63,775 bases of DNA from Bacillota bacterium (GCA_023428265.1 JAEYYW010000185.1:1-63775), one strand, 5' to 3'. Shown: positions 26,232-35,670, counted from the stretch's first letter. A program made the numbers and translations. The notes: a model not told the origin generated them from the letters alone.

Positions 26232-27239
26232 TTACAGAGAGCCGTCATGGGGATCTTCCGCGTGTCTCTGCAGCATTTGCTCCAGCGTGGTGCGGATGCC
26301 CTCTCGTGCGCTCTGCGGGGCAAGCACTTCGGCATCTCCGCCGAAGTGGGCCAGCCACGCCGTGAGGCCGGGGCTCACCACAAGCCTTGCGTGCAGCACA
26401 AACCATTCGTCGCCATCGGGCACAATGCGGATGTCTTCCCCGAGCCGGTCGATCACGGCGGTGACCAACTGGTTTTTGAAGCGGATGCTCACATCCTCCA
26501 GCGGGCCCTCAAACATGCTGAACGCCCGCTTGCCGTAGTCGGCAATGTTCCACCGGCCAACGTCAAAAAACTCCGAATAGGGCAGCGACGGCTCGTCAAG
26601 CACGTCAATGTCCTTCATTCTGTCCACACGGAAATGGGTGAACTTCATCAGCGTGCCCACCCGGCAGATCAGATAATAAGCGTCGCTGTTCCACTCCAGC
26701 GCGTAGGGGCTGGCCGCATATTTCGCGCCGCCCCGCCGCTCCACACGGCGCTTTTTCAGGTCATACTCGCAATAGCGGAACCCGATCTGCACGCCCCGGC
26801 GGATCGCCTCGTGGATATGGTCAATGTTGTAGTAGATCTGCTCGTTGGCGCATTTGGCACGGTCTTCCAGAAAGACGCTCCGGAGCAGCTGGTCACCCTG
26901 CGCCTTGCTGGCAAAACCGGCAAGCTTTTTCACGAGCTCCCAGGACTTTTTGGATGTGATGAACCGGGCAGACTGCACGGCGTCCATCAGCAGCTTGAGC
27001 TCAGCGATCTCAAACTCCCTTTGCGCCAGATAAAAGCCTTCGCTTTTCCGCGACACATGGATGATCTCCACACCGGCTTCTTCCAGGTCCATGATACTGC
27101 GGTAGATGCTGCGCCGCTCCACATCAATCCCCATGGCATGCAGGTGCCCGGCAAGCTCCGCGGCGTTGATCGGGTGCTCCTCGTCGGTATGCTTGCGCAA
27201 CAGGTCCCAGATCACCAGCGTGCGGTATCCAGCCTGCAT
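26232..27239 (-). CDS. WYL-domain transcriptional regulator (N-terminal wHTH)
   Basis: MQAGYRTLVIWDLLRKHTDEEHPINAAELAGHLHAMGIDVERRSIYRSI (HTH), central YALEWNSDAYYLICR...FRVDRM (WYL pattern), C-terminal extension domain. Confidence 0.7.
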   Translation of the reverse strand: MQAGYRTLVIWDLLRKHTDEEHPINAAELAGHLHAMGIDVERRSIYRSIMDLEEAGVEIIHVSRKSEGFYLAQREFEIAELKLLMDAVQSARFITSKKSWELVKKLAGFASKAQGDQLLRSVFLEDRAKCANEQIYYNIDHIHEAIRRGVQIGFRYCEYDLKKRRVERRGGAKYAASPYALEWNSDAYYLICRVGTLMKFTHFRVDRMKDIDVLDEPSLPYSEFFDVGRWNIADYGKRAFSMFEGPLEDVSIRFKNQLVTAVIDRLGEDIRIVPDGDEWFVLHARLVVSPGLTAWLAHFGGDAEVLAPQSAREGIRTTLEQMLQRHAEDPHDGSL

Positions 27240-27298
27240 AAACCCTCCTCATCCTGCCCAGTCGTTATGAAAAAGGCCGAGGAACCCCCGGCCGGCAG

Positions 27299-27652
27299 TC
27301 AATCGGTGTAGTGGGTGATGTTGTCGCCGTTGTTCCACAGGCGCTCCAGGTTGTAGAACTCCCGCTCCTCACGATGAAACACATGCACCAGCACATGACC
27401 CAGGTCAATCACAATCCAGCGGGCGGCCTCCAGGCCCTCCCGGCGAAGCAGGGCAATGCCGGCCTCCCTGAGCTTTTCCTCCAGTTCGTCGGCCAGGGCC
27501 CTCACCTGTATGGAGGTGCGGCCGCTGCACACCACAAACGCGTCTGCGATCACCGTGAGCGCGGAAATATCCACCACGGCGATGTCTTGTGCCTTCTTTT
27601 CCAGCAAAATGTTTGCAACCTTGTCGCAAAGCCCTTTGGCCTGATCGGTCAT
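27299..27652 (-). CDS. rsfS: Ribosome silencing factor RsfS
   Basis: EKKAQDIAVVDISALTVIADAFVVCSGRTSIQVRALADEL...WIVIDLGHVLVHVFHREEREFYNLERLW is a canonical RsfS sequence. The start was moved to ATG 27652. Confidence 0.9.
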   Translation of the reverse strand: MTDQAKGLCDKVANILLEKKAQDIAVVDISALTVIADAFVVCSGRTSIQVRALADELEEKLREAGIALLRREGLEAARWIVIDLGHVLVHVFHREEREFYNLERLWNNGDNITHYTD

Positions 27653-27725
27653 GCAATCCCTTCCTTTGGACAATTTTAACAAAACGGAAAACCGTTGGCA
27701 AGCGCTTTTGGAATCCCCGCAGTGT

Positions 27726-28298
27726 TCAGAGATGCTCCCCCACCAATGTCAGCTCGTTATACACCTGCAGCGCCAGCGGGTGCACATAGAGCCCCCGCTC
27801 CAGCACGTGGGCCATCACGCGGGCAAGCGACAGCCGGAAGCCTTCGTCCAGACTGACCATGGCCGCCTCACGGATGCGCTCCACGCCGCAAAAATCGCGG
27901 TTCGGCTCGATGATGTCCGCCAGCGAAACGACCTTGTCCAGCACGGACATGTGGGCACTGGGCACGGTGTGCCACATCACGGCGGAGAGCACCTGCTCAT
28001 CCTCAACGCCCAGCACGCGCCTTGCCAGCACAGCGCCGGCCGGCGCGTGCAGTATGCTCGCCCCCGCGCCGGAAACACCCTCCATCGGGAAGCCGGTTTC
28101 CGCGGCGTATCGGGCCATGAGATCGCAATCCATACTCTTGGCGCAATCATGCACAAGGCCGGCCAGCGCCGCCTTCTCCGGGTCGGCACCGTAGCGCTGG
28201 GCAAGCTCCGCGGCGGTCTTTTCCACGCCGAGGCTGTGCTGCACCCGGCCGGGCTTCAGGTTGGCCTTGAGATAGGCAAGAATTTCAGCGCGGTTCAT
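27726..28298 (-). CDS. yqeK: HD-domain bis(5'-nucleosyl)-tetraphosphatase YqeK
   Basis: RVQHSLGVEKTAAELAQRYG...AGLVHDCAK...HAPAGA is a YqeK HD pattern. Conserved position between nadD and rsfS. Confidence 0.85.
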   Translation of the reverse strand: MNRAEILAYLKANLKPGRVQHSLGVEKTAAELAQRYGADPEKAALAGLVHDCAKSMDCDLMARYAAETGFPMEGVSGAGASILHAPAGAVLARRVLGVEDEQVLSAVMWHTVPSAHMSVLDKVVSLADIIEPNRDFCGVERIREAAMVSLDEGFRLSLARVMAHVLERGLYVHPLALQVYNELTLVGEHL

Positions 28299-28927
28299 AG
28301 TCTCTCCAAATACAGCTTGCTTTGCGCAATATAATGGGCCACCGCCGGCGGCACAAACGCAGAAACATCTTCACCCGCGGCGGCCATTTGCCGGATCGCA
28401 GTGGAGGAAATGTCCATGCCGGGGCATTCCACCAGCAGAATCTCGCCTCCATAACGGGCAAGGATTTCCCGTCGCTTGCGCTCCAGATCTTCCATGGGGC
28501 TGTCTGGCCGAAACACCGTGACAAAGGCCGCCGACTCCAGCAGACCCTGCGGATCATACCACTGGTCCAGATACATCAGCGAGTCGCCGCCGATGATGAA
28601 ATACAGCTTAGCCGCAGGGTTGGCACTTTTCAGCATGCGCAATGTGTCCACAGTATAGTCCACTCCGGGCGTGGCGATTTCCAGGTCTGAAACCTCATAA
28701 CCCTGCTGGCCGGCAATGGCGAGCTGCACCATCTCCAGGCGGTGTTTGGCGTCGGTGAGCTCCTGGGCGGGCTTGTGGGGTGGCGTGCCGGAGGGCATGA
28801 AGATGACACGCCCGAGCCCGGCCGCCTCACGGGCCAGGCGGGCAACCATCAAATGGGCGTTGTGCACCGGGTCAAAGGTGCCGCCATAAATGCCGATCCG
28901 CTGCTGATTGATAAGCTGTTTCGCCAC
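28295..28927 (-). CDS. nadD: Nicotinate-nucleotide adenylyltransferase NadD
   Basis: IGIYGGTFDPVHNAHL...MPSGTPPHK...ISSTAIR are canonical NadD motifs. 4-nt overlap with yqeK. Confidence 0.92.
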   Translation of the reverse strand: MAKQLINQQRIGIYGGTFDPVHNAHLMVARLAREAAGLGRVIFMPSGTPPHKPAQELTDAKHRLEMVQLAIAGQQGYEVSDLEIATPGVDYTVDTLRMLKSANPAAKLYFIIGGDSLMYLDQWYDPQGLLESAAFVTVFRPDSPMEDLERKRREILARYGGEILLVECPGMDISSTAIRQMAAAGEDVSAFVPPAVAHYIAQSKLYLERL

Positions 28928-29051
28928 AGGCCAGACCCCTTATTGCCACTGAGGCATATTTTTCCAGTTGAGGGACAAACTAGCTACAAGAGGCTCCATA
29001 TCGAGACGGGTTTGCCGGTTCGACGACAAACCCCAAACAGGAGGTGCAGCT

Positions 29052-29933
29052 ATGAATATCACCGGATCTTTGACGCCACGGCGCAGGGCCGAGCCCTTTT
29101 CACTGGCGCGGCTGCTGGACGGCATCGCGTTTGTGACGCTGGTGGCGCTTTTGTCTTTCATCGTGTTTTCCTCGCGCATCCACAACCCGCTGGTGGCCGC
29201 CCTGCCGGCGGCAGTCTTCACCGGCAGCGCCGCGGCGGCGTTTTTACTTTATCGCCGGCAAAAGCTCCGGCGGCGCCGCATCCAGCTGGAGCGCCAGGCC
29301 TATGACCTCTGGATCTGCGATGAGATGGTGAAAAGCGAGCCGGACAGGTTCCACAAGTTCGCGCTCAACATCCTGCTGTTCCAGTGCCGCTACCGCTATG
29401 TGACGCCGGAAGACGGCGGCCCCCGCCTGCAGATGGACGGCCAGGATTCCGACATCGCCATCCTGCGCCGCCACCCCACAGCCCCGGTGACCGCCCAGGA
29501 CATTCTGGAGCTGGTGGACCGGGCCCGTGACGGGGGGCTTGCCAACCTGGTGGTCTGCACAACCGCTGAGATCACGGCGGAAGCCAGGGCATTCGCCAAA
29601 GCCGTGCCCGGCGTGAAGGTGGACCTATACGACGGAGAAAAGCTCTCCTCCATGGCCTGGGACGGCGCTTTCGCCCCGCCTCCGGAGGCCCTCAAGCCCT
29701 ATATGGAAAAGGCGGAGGAGCTCTGGCGCAAACGCCGCAAGCAATCGCGCCCCAAGTTTGCGAGCCTGGCGGTGAGCATACGCTTCGCGCTCACCGGCGC
29801 GCTTCTGTGCGCGATGGCGTGGCTCACGCCCTTCCGCACCTGGTATCTGATCTGCGCGGCCGGCTGCTTCGTGATCGGCGCCGCGGCGGCCCTGTTCCCA
29901 AACCTGAAGTATTTCAGGAGGCGGGAGGGGTAA
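29052..29933 (+). CDS. Polytopic membrane protein with a central cytoplasmic restriction-endonuclease-like (Mrr_cat-like) segment
   Basis: Two N-terminal and two C-terminal TM helices. The middle segment DGQDSDIAILRRHPTAPVTAQDILELVDRARDGGLANLVVCTTAEITAEARAFAK weakly resembles Mrr_cat. The start was moved to ATG 29052 (AGGAGG SD). Confidence 0.4.
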   Translation: MNITGSLTPRRRAEPFSLARLLDGIAFVTLVALLSFIVFSSRIHNPLVAALPAAVFTGSAAAAFLLYRRQKLRRRRIQLERQAYDLWICDEMVKSEPDRFHKFALNILLFQCRYRYVTPEDGGPRLQMDGQDSDIAILRRHPTAPVTAQDILELVDRARDGGLANLVVCTTAEITAEARAFAKAVPGVKVDLYDGEKLSSMAWDGAFAPPPEALKPYMEKAEELWRKRRKQSRPKFASLAVSIRFALTGALLCAMAWLTPFRTWYLICAAGCFVIGAAAALFPNLKYFRRREG

Positions 29934-29934
29934 T

Positions 29935-30231
29935 TCAAACCTTCTCCAGGAATATCTTCTTGTTTTCCTTGGACTCCCGATAGAGCACCAGCCGGTTGCC
30001 GATGGAAAACACAGCCTCGGCGCCGGTGGCGGCAGCAAGTGCTTCCACCGCTTCGGCGGCAGAGACCGGCGCGGTCTTGAGGGCGGTGAGCTTGATCAGT
30101 TCGCGGGCCTCCAGCGCGTCATTGACCTGTTTGATCAGGTTATCGTTGATGCCGAGCTTGCCCACCTGGAAGATCGGATCCATGTCGGTGGCAAGGCTGC
30201 GGAGGTATTTTCGCTGTTTGGGCGTGAGCAT
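29935..30231 (-). CDS. yhbY: RNA-binding protein YhbY (CRM domain; YqeI-like)
   Basis: MLTPKQRKYLRSLATDMDPIFQVGKLGINDNLIKQVNDALEARELIK is a canonical YhbY sequence. The start was moved to ATG 30231 (AAAGAGGA SD). Confidence 0.88.
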   Translation of the reverse strand: MLTPKQRKYLRSLATDMDPIFQVGKLGINDNLIKQVNDALEARELIKLTALKTAPVSAAEAVEALAAATGAEAVFSIGNRLVLYRESKENKKIFLEKV

Positions 30232-30508
30232 TTTGGTCCTCTTTCGTTGGGAAATGGTGGGTATAGTGTAACCCAAAACGCAGGCAGAGTAAACTGGAAC
30301 ACATCAAACGATTTTAACCGATCAATCCATCAATGCGGGCGGGTACAGAGCCCCGCCCGTACATGGAGTCGTATGCCCTAGGCCATTCCCTACCTTCTTG
30401 AGTAAATGGAAAGGGCATCAAAACATACTGAGGTGAATCCAGCCAACACTCAGCCAGAATTTGGTAACACGACAACAGCGGAATCCGTCAAATGTTTCCT
30501 GATTGACG

Positions 30509-30517
30509 TGTTATAAT
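30509..30517 (+). promoter_or_regulatory. Extended -10 promoter element (TGtTATAAT) for the PH-domain gene
   Basis: TGTTATAAT at 30509-30517, 21 nt upstream of ATG 30539. The -35 is weak. Confidence 0.4.
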
Positions 30518-30538
30518 CAAGAAAAACGGAGGGTTCTT

Positions 30539-30913
30539 ATGGTTGATTTCAAGCAAGGCGGATTTCTGAAGCTCAGAGCGATTGACCCGCAACAGGGGCT
30601 TGGCTTTGTAGCACCTTTGCTTGTGGAAGGCGAGGCAGTGGTCGGAGCGTTTCAGGCCGGCAGAGACAGCCTGGTGTTTACCACAAAACGCATTGTCGCC
30701 ATCAATGTGCAGGGCATAACCGGCAAGAAAACTGACTATACCTCAATCCCATATAGCAAGATCCAGACCTTCTCCGTGGAAACATCCGGCGTGTTTGACC
30801 GGGATAGCGAGCTGGAAATCTATGTGAGCCCGATTGGCATGATCAAATTTGAACTGCAGGGCAGCTTTGACATCCGTGCGCTGGCCAAGATCATCGGTGG
30901 CTATGTGCTATAG
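30539..30913 (+). CDS. Bacterial PH-domain protein (YvbH/bPH-like)
   Basis: GEAVVGAFQAGRDSLVFTTKRIVAINVQGITGKKTDYTSIPYSKIQTFSVETSG..DRDSELEI is a bPH pattern. The start was moved to ATG 30539 (GGAGGG SD). Confidence 0.6.
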   Translation: MVDFKQGGFLKLRAIDPQQGLGFVAPLLVEGEAVVGAFQAGRDSLVFTTKRIVAINVQGITGKKTDYTSIPYSKIQTFSVETSGVFDRDSELEIYVSPIGMIKFELQGSFDIRALAKIIGGYVL

Positions 30914-31024
30914 GCACCCGGCCCCCGCTGCGGTGTTTCAATATCATCACAGCTCACTGTTACCATACTTCCTGCATCACAAGCCATCCTGACACGGGAT
31001 GGCTTGTGCCAGCTCACTGTGTCG

Positions 31025-31795
31025 TCATGGCTGGCCGTCCCGGACCAGGGGCGCAGCGCTTGGCTTTTTGAAAAAAAACAATGCAATCCCCACAACAAGG
31101 ATGAAGAGCGCGATGAACTGCGATGTGGACAAAAAAGCGACGCTGCCGCGATAGTCATTGCGCAAAAACTCAATGAAGAAACGCCCAACACTGTAGAGTA
31201 TGAGATAAAGCGCGCCGACTTTACCGTCCGGACGGTTTTTTCTTGCATAACAGAGCAGCGCCAGTGTGATTGCAAAGTCCCCCGCACTGGAGAACAGCTG
31301 CGTCGGGATGAGCTGCACACCGCTTGGCGCAATGCCACCAGCGGGGAAGGTGACACCATACCAGGCGTTGGTTTCGCGGCCGTAGCAGCAGCCCGCAAGG
31401 AAACACCCGATCCTGCCGAACCCCTGCGCTAGCGCCACCGACGGCGCCAGAAGGTCAAAGTATTTCAGAAAAGAGACCTTTTGCGCTCGGCAGTAGAGCA
31501 TCGCCGCGAGCACACCCCCAACGATGCCCCCATATACCACAAACCCACTGCCGGAAAGGAATTCCCACGGGTTTTTCAGAAATGAATCCAGGTTGATCAG
31601 GCAGTATAGCAGCTTTGCGCCAAGAAAGCCCGACAGAAGCGCCGCAAGGCCGATGCCATAAATCAAGTTCTCGTCCAACCCCCTTTTGGGGGAGCGGAGC
31701 ACAGCAAGGATCACAGCAAGGATCACACCGACTGCGATCATGAGCCCATAACCGTGCACTGTCACAGGGCCAAGCGAGAACAAGTTGTTGTACAT
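31025..31795 (-). CDS. lgt: Prolipoprotein diacylglyceryl transferase Lgt
   Basis: VHGYGLMIAVGVILA...GRIGCFLAGCCYGR...PTQLFSS...YSVGRFFIEFLRND are canonical Lgt motifs. Confidence 0.9.
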   Translation of the reverse strand: MYNNLFSLGPVTVHGYGLMIAVGVILAVILAVLRSPKRGLDENLIYGIGLAALLSGFLGAKLLYCLINLDSFLKNPWEFLSGSGFVVYGGIVGGVLAAMLYCRAQKVSFLKYFDLLAPSVALAQGFGRIGCFLAGCCYGRETNAWYGVTFPAGGIAPSGVQLIPTQLFSSAGDFAITLALLCYARKNRPDGKVGALYLILYSVGRFFIEFLRNDYRGSVAFLSTSQFIALFILVVGIALFFFKKPSAAPLVRDGQP

Positions 31796-31819
31796 CTCAA
31801 GTACCTTCTGGTTCAGGTT

Positions 31820-33097
31820 TTAGTCCCAGAACTCAAACTCCAGCTCATTGAGCCTCACCGTGTCATCATGTTTGGCCCCCATCTCCCGGAGCTTCTCAAT
31901 GATCCCGGTTTCATACAGCCTGCGCTCAAAATACTGCATGCTCGTGCTGTCGGAAAAGTTGGTAGAGTCGATGATCTTGGTGATCAGCGGCCCGGTCACC
32001 ACATAGACATCGTCTTCCATGTCCACGGTGTAGTCGTTGTTGGGCAGCGACTCCAGCTCCTCCATCTCCTCATGGAAAACCTCCACCGGCGGCAGGCTTT
32101 CCAGCTTTTTTGCCACAGCGCGCATCAGCTCCAGCAGCCCCTGGTTGGTGGCGGCGGACACCGGATACACCTCGAAACCCTGGGCTTTGCAGTGGTTGGT
32201 CAGTTCCTCCAGGAAAACCTCCGCATCAGGCAGGTCGGTCTTGTTGGCGGCCACGATCTGCGGGCGGTCGGCCAAAACGGCGCTGTAGAGACGCAGCTCC
32301 CGGTTGATCTGCTCAAAATCCTGCACCGGGTCGCGATCCTCGCTGCCGGAAGCGTCGATCACATGCACCAGCAGTCTCGTGCGCTCCACGTGCCGGAGGA
32401 AGTCATGCCCCAGACCGGCGCCCTCATGGGCGTTTTCGATGAGGCCGGGAATGTCTGCCACCAAAAAGCTTTTGCCGTCCACCTCGGCCACGCCCAGATT
32501 GGGCGACAGCGTGGTGAAATGGTAGTTGGCAATCTTTGGCCGGGCGCGGGTGACCACCGAGAGCATCGTGGATTTGCCCACGTTGGGGAAGCCCACCAGG
32601 CCCACATCGGCGATGGTCTTCAGCTCCAATGACACCTCATAGCCCTTGGTCTTCTGGCCGGGCTGGGCGAAATTGGGGGCCTGACGGGTGGGCGTGGCAT
32701 AGTGCACATTGCCCCAGCCGCCCCGGCCGCCCCGCAGCACCATGCGGCGCTCATTGGGCAGATACATATCTGCCACCACTCGGCCGGATTCCAGCTCGCG
32801 GATCACCGTGCCCACCGGCACCTTGATCACAAGATCCTGCCCGTCTTTGCCGAAGCATTTGTTGGCGCCGCCGTCCTCACCGCGCTCTGCCTCAAATTTG
32901 CGCTGGTAACGGAAGTCCAGCAGCGTGCGCATGCCGGGGTCGGCCTCAAAGAAAATGCTGCCGCCCCGGCCGCCGTCGCCGCCGTCGGGGCCGCCCTTCT
33001 GCACATACATTTCGCGGTGGAACGACACCTTGCCGTTGCCGCCATCGCCGGACTTGATGAATAGTTTCGCGGTATCTACAAACATCCTTGCTCTCAC
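31820..33097 (-). CDS. obg: GTPase Obg/CgtA
   Basis: MFVDTAKLFIKSGDGGNGKVSFHRE...GGPDGGDGGRGG...GFPNVGKST...DIPGLIE, plus a C-terminal OCT domain. Confidence 0.95.
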   Translation of the reverse strand: MRARMFVDTAKLFIKSGDGGNGKVSFHREMYVQKGGPDGGDGGRGGSIFFEADPGMRTLLDFRYQRKFEAERGEDGGANKCFGKDGQDLVIKVPVGTVIRELESGRVVADMYLPNERRMVLRGGRGGWGNVHYATPTRQAPNFAQPGQKTKGYEVSLELKTIADVGLVGFPNVGKSTMLSVVTRARPKIANYHFTTLSPNLGVAEVDGKSFLVADIPGLIENAHEGAGLGHDFLRHVERTRLLVHVIDASGSEDRDPVQDFEQINRELRLYSAVLADRPQIVAANKTDLPDAEVFLEELTNHCKAQGFEVYPVSAATNQGLLELMRAVAKKLESLPPVEVFHEEMEELESLPNNDYTVDMEDDVYVVTGPLITKIIDSTNFSDSTSMQYFERRLYETGIIEKLREMGAKHDDTVRLNELEFEFWD

Positions 33098-33244
33098 TTC
33101 ATGGGCCGATTGTTCTGACCCTAGTATTGGTTATCGCTTCATATGACATGTAGGGGTTCAAGATTTGAACCCCTACTGAAAAGACAGTATAGCATAGATT
33201 CACAAATTCTGGAAGTGACGCAAATTGTCGCGGTTGACTGACGA

Positions 33245-33284
33245 GATAAACGAACCCCTTCCCCCAATGCTCTGGGGGAAGGGG
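33245..33284 (-). terminator. Hairpin terminator downstream of nfnB
   Basis: 12-bp stem ccccttccccca / tgggggaagggg (33255-33284). On the minus strand it is followed by TTCGTTTATCT. Confidence 0.5.
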
Positions 33285-33330
33285 CAGGGGTTGAGGGTTT
33301 GATTAGTGGGAGAGGCATGGGGATAGGATA

Positions 33331-34719
33331 CTATTCCGACAGCCTCTTGTGGATCGCCGCGGCTGCCTTTTTGCCGGCCCCCATCGCCAGGATCACTGTG
33401 GCCGCACCGGTCACGGCGTCGCCGCCGGCATACACGCCCGGCAGGCTCGTTTCACCGGTCTCCTCCTCCACGACGATGCCGCCCCACTTCTGGATCTGGA
33501 TACGGGGCTCGCTGTTGGTCAGGGCCGGGTTGGGGCGGGTGCCGATGGCGATGATCACCACATCGCACTCCATCTCGAACTCGCTGCCCTCAATGGGCTT
33601 GACGCTGCGTCTGCCGCTGCTGTCCGGCTCGCCCAGCGCCATCTTCACGCACTTGAGGCCGGTCACGAAGCCGTCCTGCCCCAACACCTCGATGGGGTTT
33701 GTGAGCATGTCGAAAAGGATGCCCTCCTCCTCGGCGTGCACGATCTCCTCCGCGCGGGCAGGCATCTCTGCGCGGGACCGTCGATAGACAATATGCACCT
33801 CATCGGCGCCCATTCGGAGCGCGCAGCGGGCGGCATCCATCGCCACATTGCCGCCGCCAACCACGGCCACCCTGCGACCTTTTTTAACCGGCGTGGCAGC
33901 GTCTTCTTTGTATGCCTTCATCAGATTGATGCGGGTCAGAAATTCATTGGCGGAATAGACGCCGATCAGGTTCTCACCGGGGATCTTCATAAACTGCGGC
34001 AGGCCGGCCCCGGAGCCGATGAACACAGCCCGGAAGCCCTCCTCCTCCAGCAATTGGTCAATGGGCGTGCCATAGCCCACGGCCACGTTGGTCTCAATCT
34101 TCACACCCAGCTGCTTCAACGCGGCGATTTCATCGGCCACAATGCTCTTGGGCAGGCGGAACTCGGGGATGCCATATACCAGCACGCCGCCGGGCGTGTG
34201 CAATGCCTCAAAAATCGTCACGTCATAACCAAGCCGGGCCAGGTCGCCGGCGCAGGTGAGGCCGGCAGGGCCGGAGCCCACCACGGCCACCTTTTTGCCG
34301 TTGGGCGCTTCCTTGTGCAGATCCTTCAGATTGGCCTTGCGGGCATAATCGGCGGCAAAGCGCTCCAGATTGCCGATGGCAATGGGCCTGCCGGCCTTTT
34401 GGAACACACATAGCTTTTCGCACTGCTCCTCCTGCGGGCACACGCGGCCGCACACACCGGGCAGGCTGTTGGTGCTGGTGATTACTTCATATGCCTTGTC
34501 ATACTCCCCCGCCTTGATGTGGCTGATAAACTGGGGGATCGGCACACCCACCGGGCAGCCGGCCACGCAGCCGGGCTTTTTGCAGTTGATGCAGCGCTCG
34601 GCCTCGGCCATTGCCTGCTCGTCGGTGTAGCCCAACGCCACTTCGTCAAAGCAGCGGGAGCGCTCCAGGGCGTCCCGCGCATCCATATGCACCCGTTCCT
34701 TCTGTGCCATCTCAACCAC
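33331..34719 (-). CDS. nfnB: NADPH-dependent glutamate-synthase-beta-like oxidoreductase (NfnB / SudA type)
   Basis: 462 aa. N-terminal Fe-S Cys motifs (CINCKKPGCVAGCP; CGRVCPQEEQCEKLC), FAD/NAD Rossmann motifs VAVVGSGPAGL and VAVVGGGNVAMD. Confidence 0.8.
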   Translation of the reverse strand: MVEMAQKERVHMDARDALERSRCFDEVALGYTDEQAMAEAERCINCKKPGCVAGCPVGVPIPQFISHIKAGEYDKAYEVITSTNSLPGVCGRVCPQEEQCEKLCVFQKAGRPIAIGNLERFAADYARKANLKDLHKEAPNGKKVAVVGSGPAGLTCAGDLARLGYDVTIFEALHTPGGVLVYGIPEFRLPKSIVADEIAALKQLGVKIETNVAVGYGTPIDQLLEEEGFRAVFIGSGAGLPQFMKIPGENLIGVYSANEFLTRINLMKAYKEDAATPVKKGRRVAVVGGGNVAMDAARCALRMGADEVHIVYRRSRAEMPARAEEIVHAEEEGILFDMLTNPIEVLGQDGFVTGLKCVKMALGEPDSSGRRSVKPIEGSEFEMECDVVIIAIGTRPNPALTNSEPRIQIQKWGGIVVEEETGETSLPGVYAGGDAVTGAATVILAMGAGKKAAAAIHKRLSE

Positions 34720-35542
34720 CTACCTTGCAGGCGTGCCGGTCGTTGGCCGCCCTTTCCTCACCGCGATAGGCAGTGAGGCGCTTCATCGCCTCGTCAAAAT
34801 CCACCTGGTGGGCGTCAAACTCCGGGCCGTCCACACAGGCGTATTTGGCTTCGCCGCCCACAGTGATGCGGCAGCCGCCGCACATGCCCGTGCCGTCCAC
34901 CATGATGGGGTTCATACTGGCCCAGGTCTTCACGCCGTATTCCTTGGTCAGCTTGCTCACAAACTTCATCATGATCACAGGGCCGATCGTGATCACCTCG
35001 TCGTAGTGTTCGGCTTCCAGCAGCTCCTTCAAGACTTCAGTAACCAAACCCTTGCGGCCCTTGGAGCCGTCGTCGGTGGTGATGAACAGCCGGTTGCACA
35101 CGGCGCGGATTTCATCTTCCAGGATGATCAGGTCCGCACTGCGGGCGCCGATGATCACATCCACGTCCACACCGCGCTCATAAAGCGCCTTCACTTCCGG
35201 ATAGACCACGGCCACGCCCACGCCGCCGCCCACACACAGCACATGGCCATGATCGGGCAGCTGAGCAGGCTTGCCCAGCGGGCCCAAAAAGTCTGACAGC
35301 GCCTGGCCCGGTTCCATCGAGGCCAGCAGCCTTGTGGCGTGGCCCACGGCCTGAAATATAATCGTCACAATTCCTTTTTCATGATCCACATCGGCCATCG
35401 TGAGCGGGAAGCGCTCGCCGTCCTCATTGACGCGCAGCATCTCGAACTGGCCGGGCTGGGCGCGGCGGGCTGCCCTGGGGGCCAGGATGTCCATGCGGAA
35501 TGTGTCTGGCCCGATCTGGCTTTTGGTCAATATCTGATACAA
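34712..35542 (-). CDS. nfnA: Ferredoxin-NADP+ reductase-like subunit (NfnA / SudB type)
   Basis: FNR-like fold plus a C-terminal [2Fe-2S] motif CGGCRITVGG..KYACVDGPEF. 8-nt overlap with nfnB. The start is probably TTG 35542 (GGAGGT SD 7 nt upstream) rather than the SD-less ATG 35557. Confidence 0.8.
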   Translation of the reverse strand: MYQILTKSQIGPDTFRMDILAPRAARRAQPGQFEMLRVNEDGERFPLTMADVDHEKGIVTIIFQAVGHATRLLASMEPGQALSDFLGPLGKPAQLPDHGHVLCVGGGVGVAVVYPEVKALYERGVDVDVIIGARSADLIILEDEIRAVCNRLFITTDDGSKGRKGLVTEVLKELLEAEHYDEVITIGPVIMMKFVSKLTKEYGVKTWASMNPIMVDGTGMCGGCRITVGGEAKYACVDGPEFDAHQVDFDEAMKRLTAYRGEERAANDRHACKVGG

Positions 35543-35580
35543 GAGGGTTACCTCCATGTGGTATTTATAAATCTGGATGT

Positions 35581-35608
35581 ATTATAGCACGGTGCAGTGG
35601 AATGTGAA
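35581..35608 (-). promoter_or_regulatory. Promoter of nfnAB (TTCACA-16-TGcTATAAT)
   Basis: Minus strand: TTCACA (35608-35603), 16-nt spacer, extended -10 TGCTATAAT (TATAAT 35586-35581). Confidence 0.55.
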
Positions 35609-35670
35609 AAACAATATGCATGGAAATCATCAGGATGAACCTGCGGGGCAAGAAAGCGGAAGTGAAATGC

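Noticed and set aside
35587-35625. A Rex operator upstream of nfnAB (ATTGTTTTTCACAT).
   Set aside because: The half-sites are too close together and do not fit the 18-nt TTGTTAANNNNTTAACAA or TTGTGAA-N4-TTCACAA geometry.
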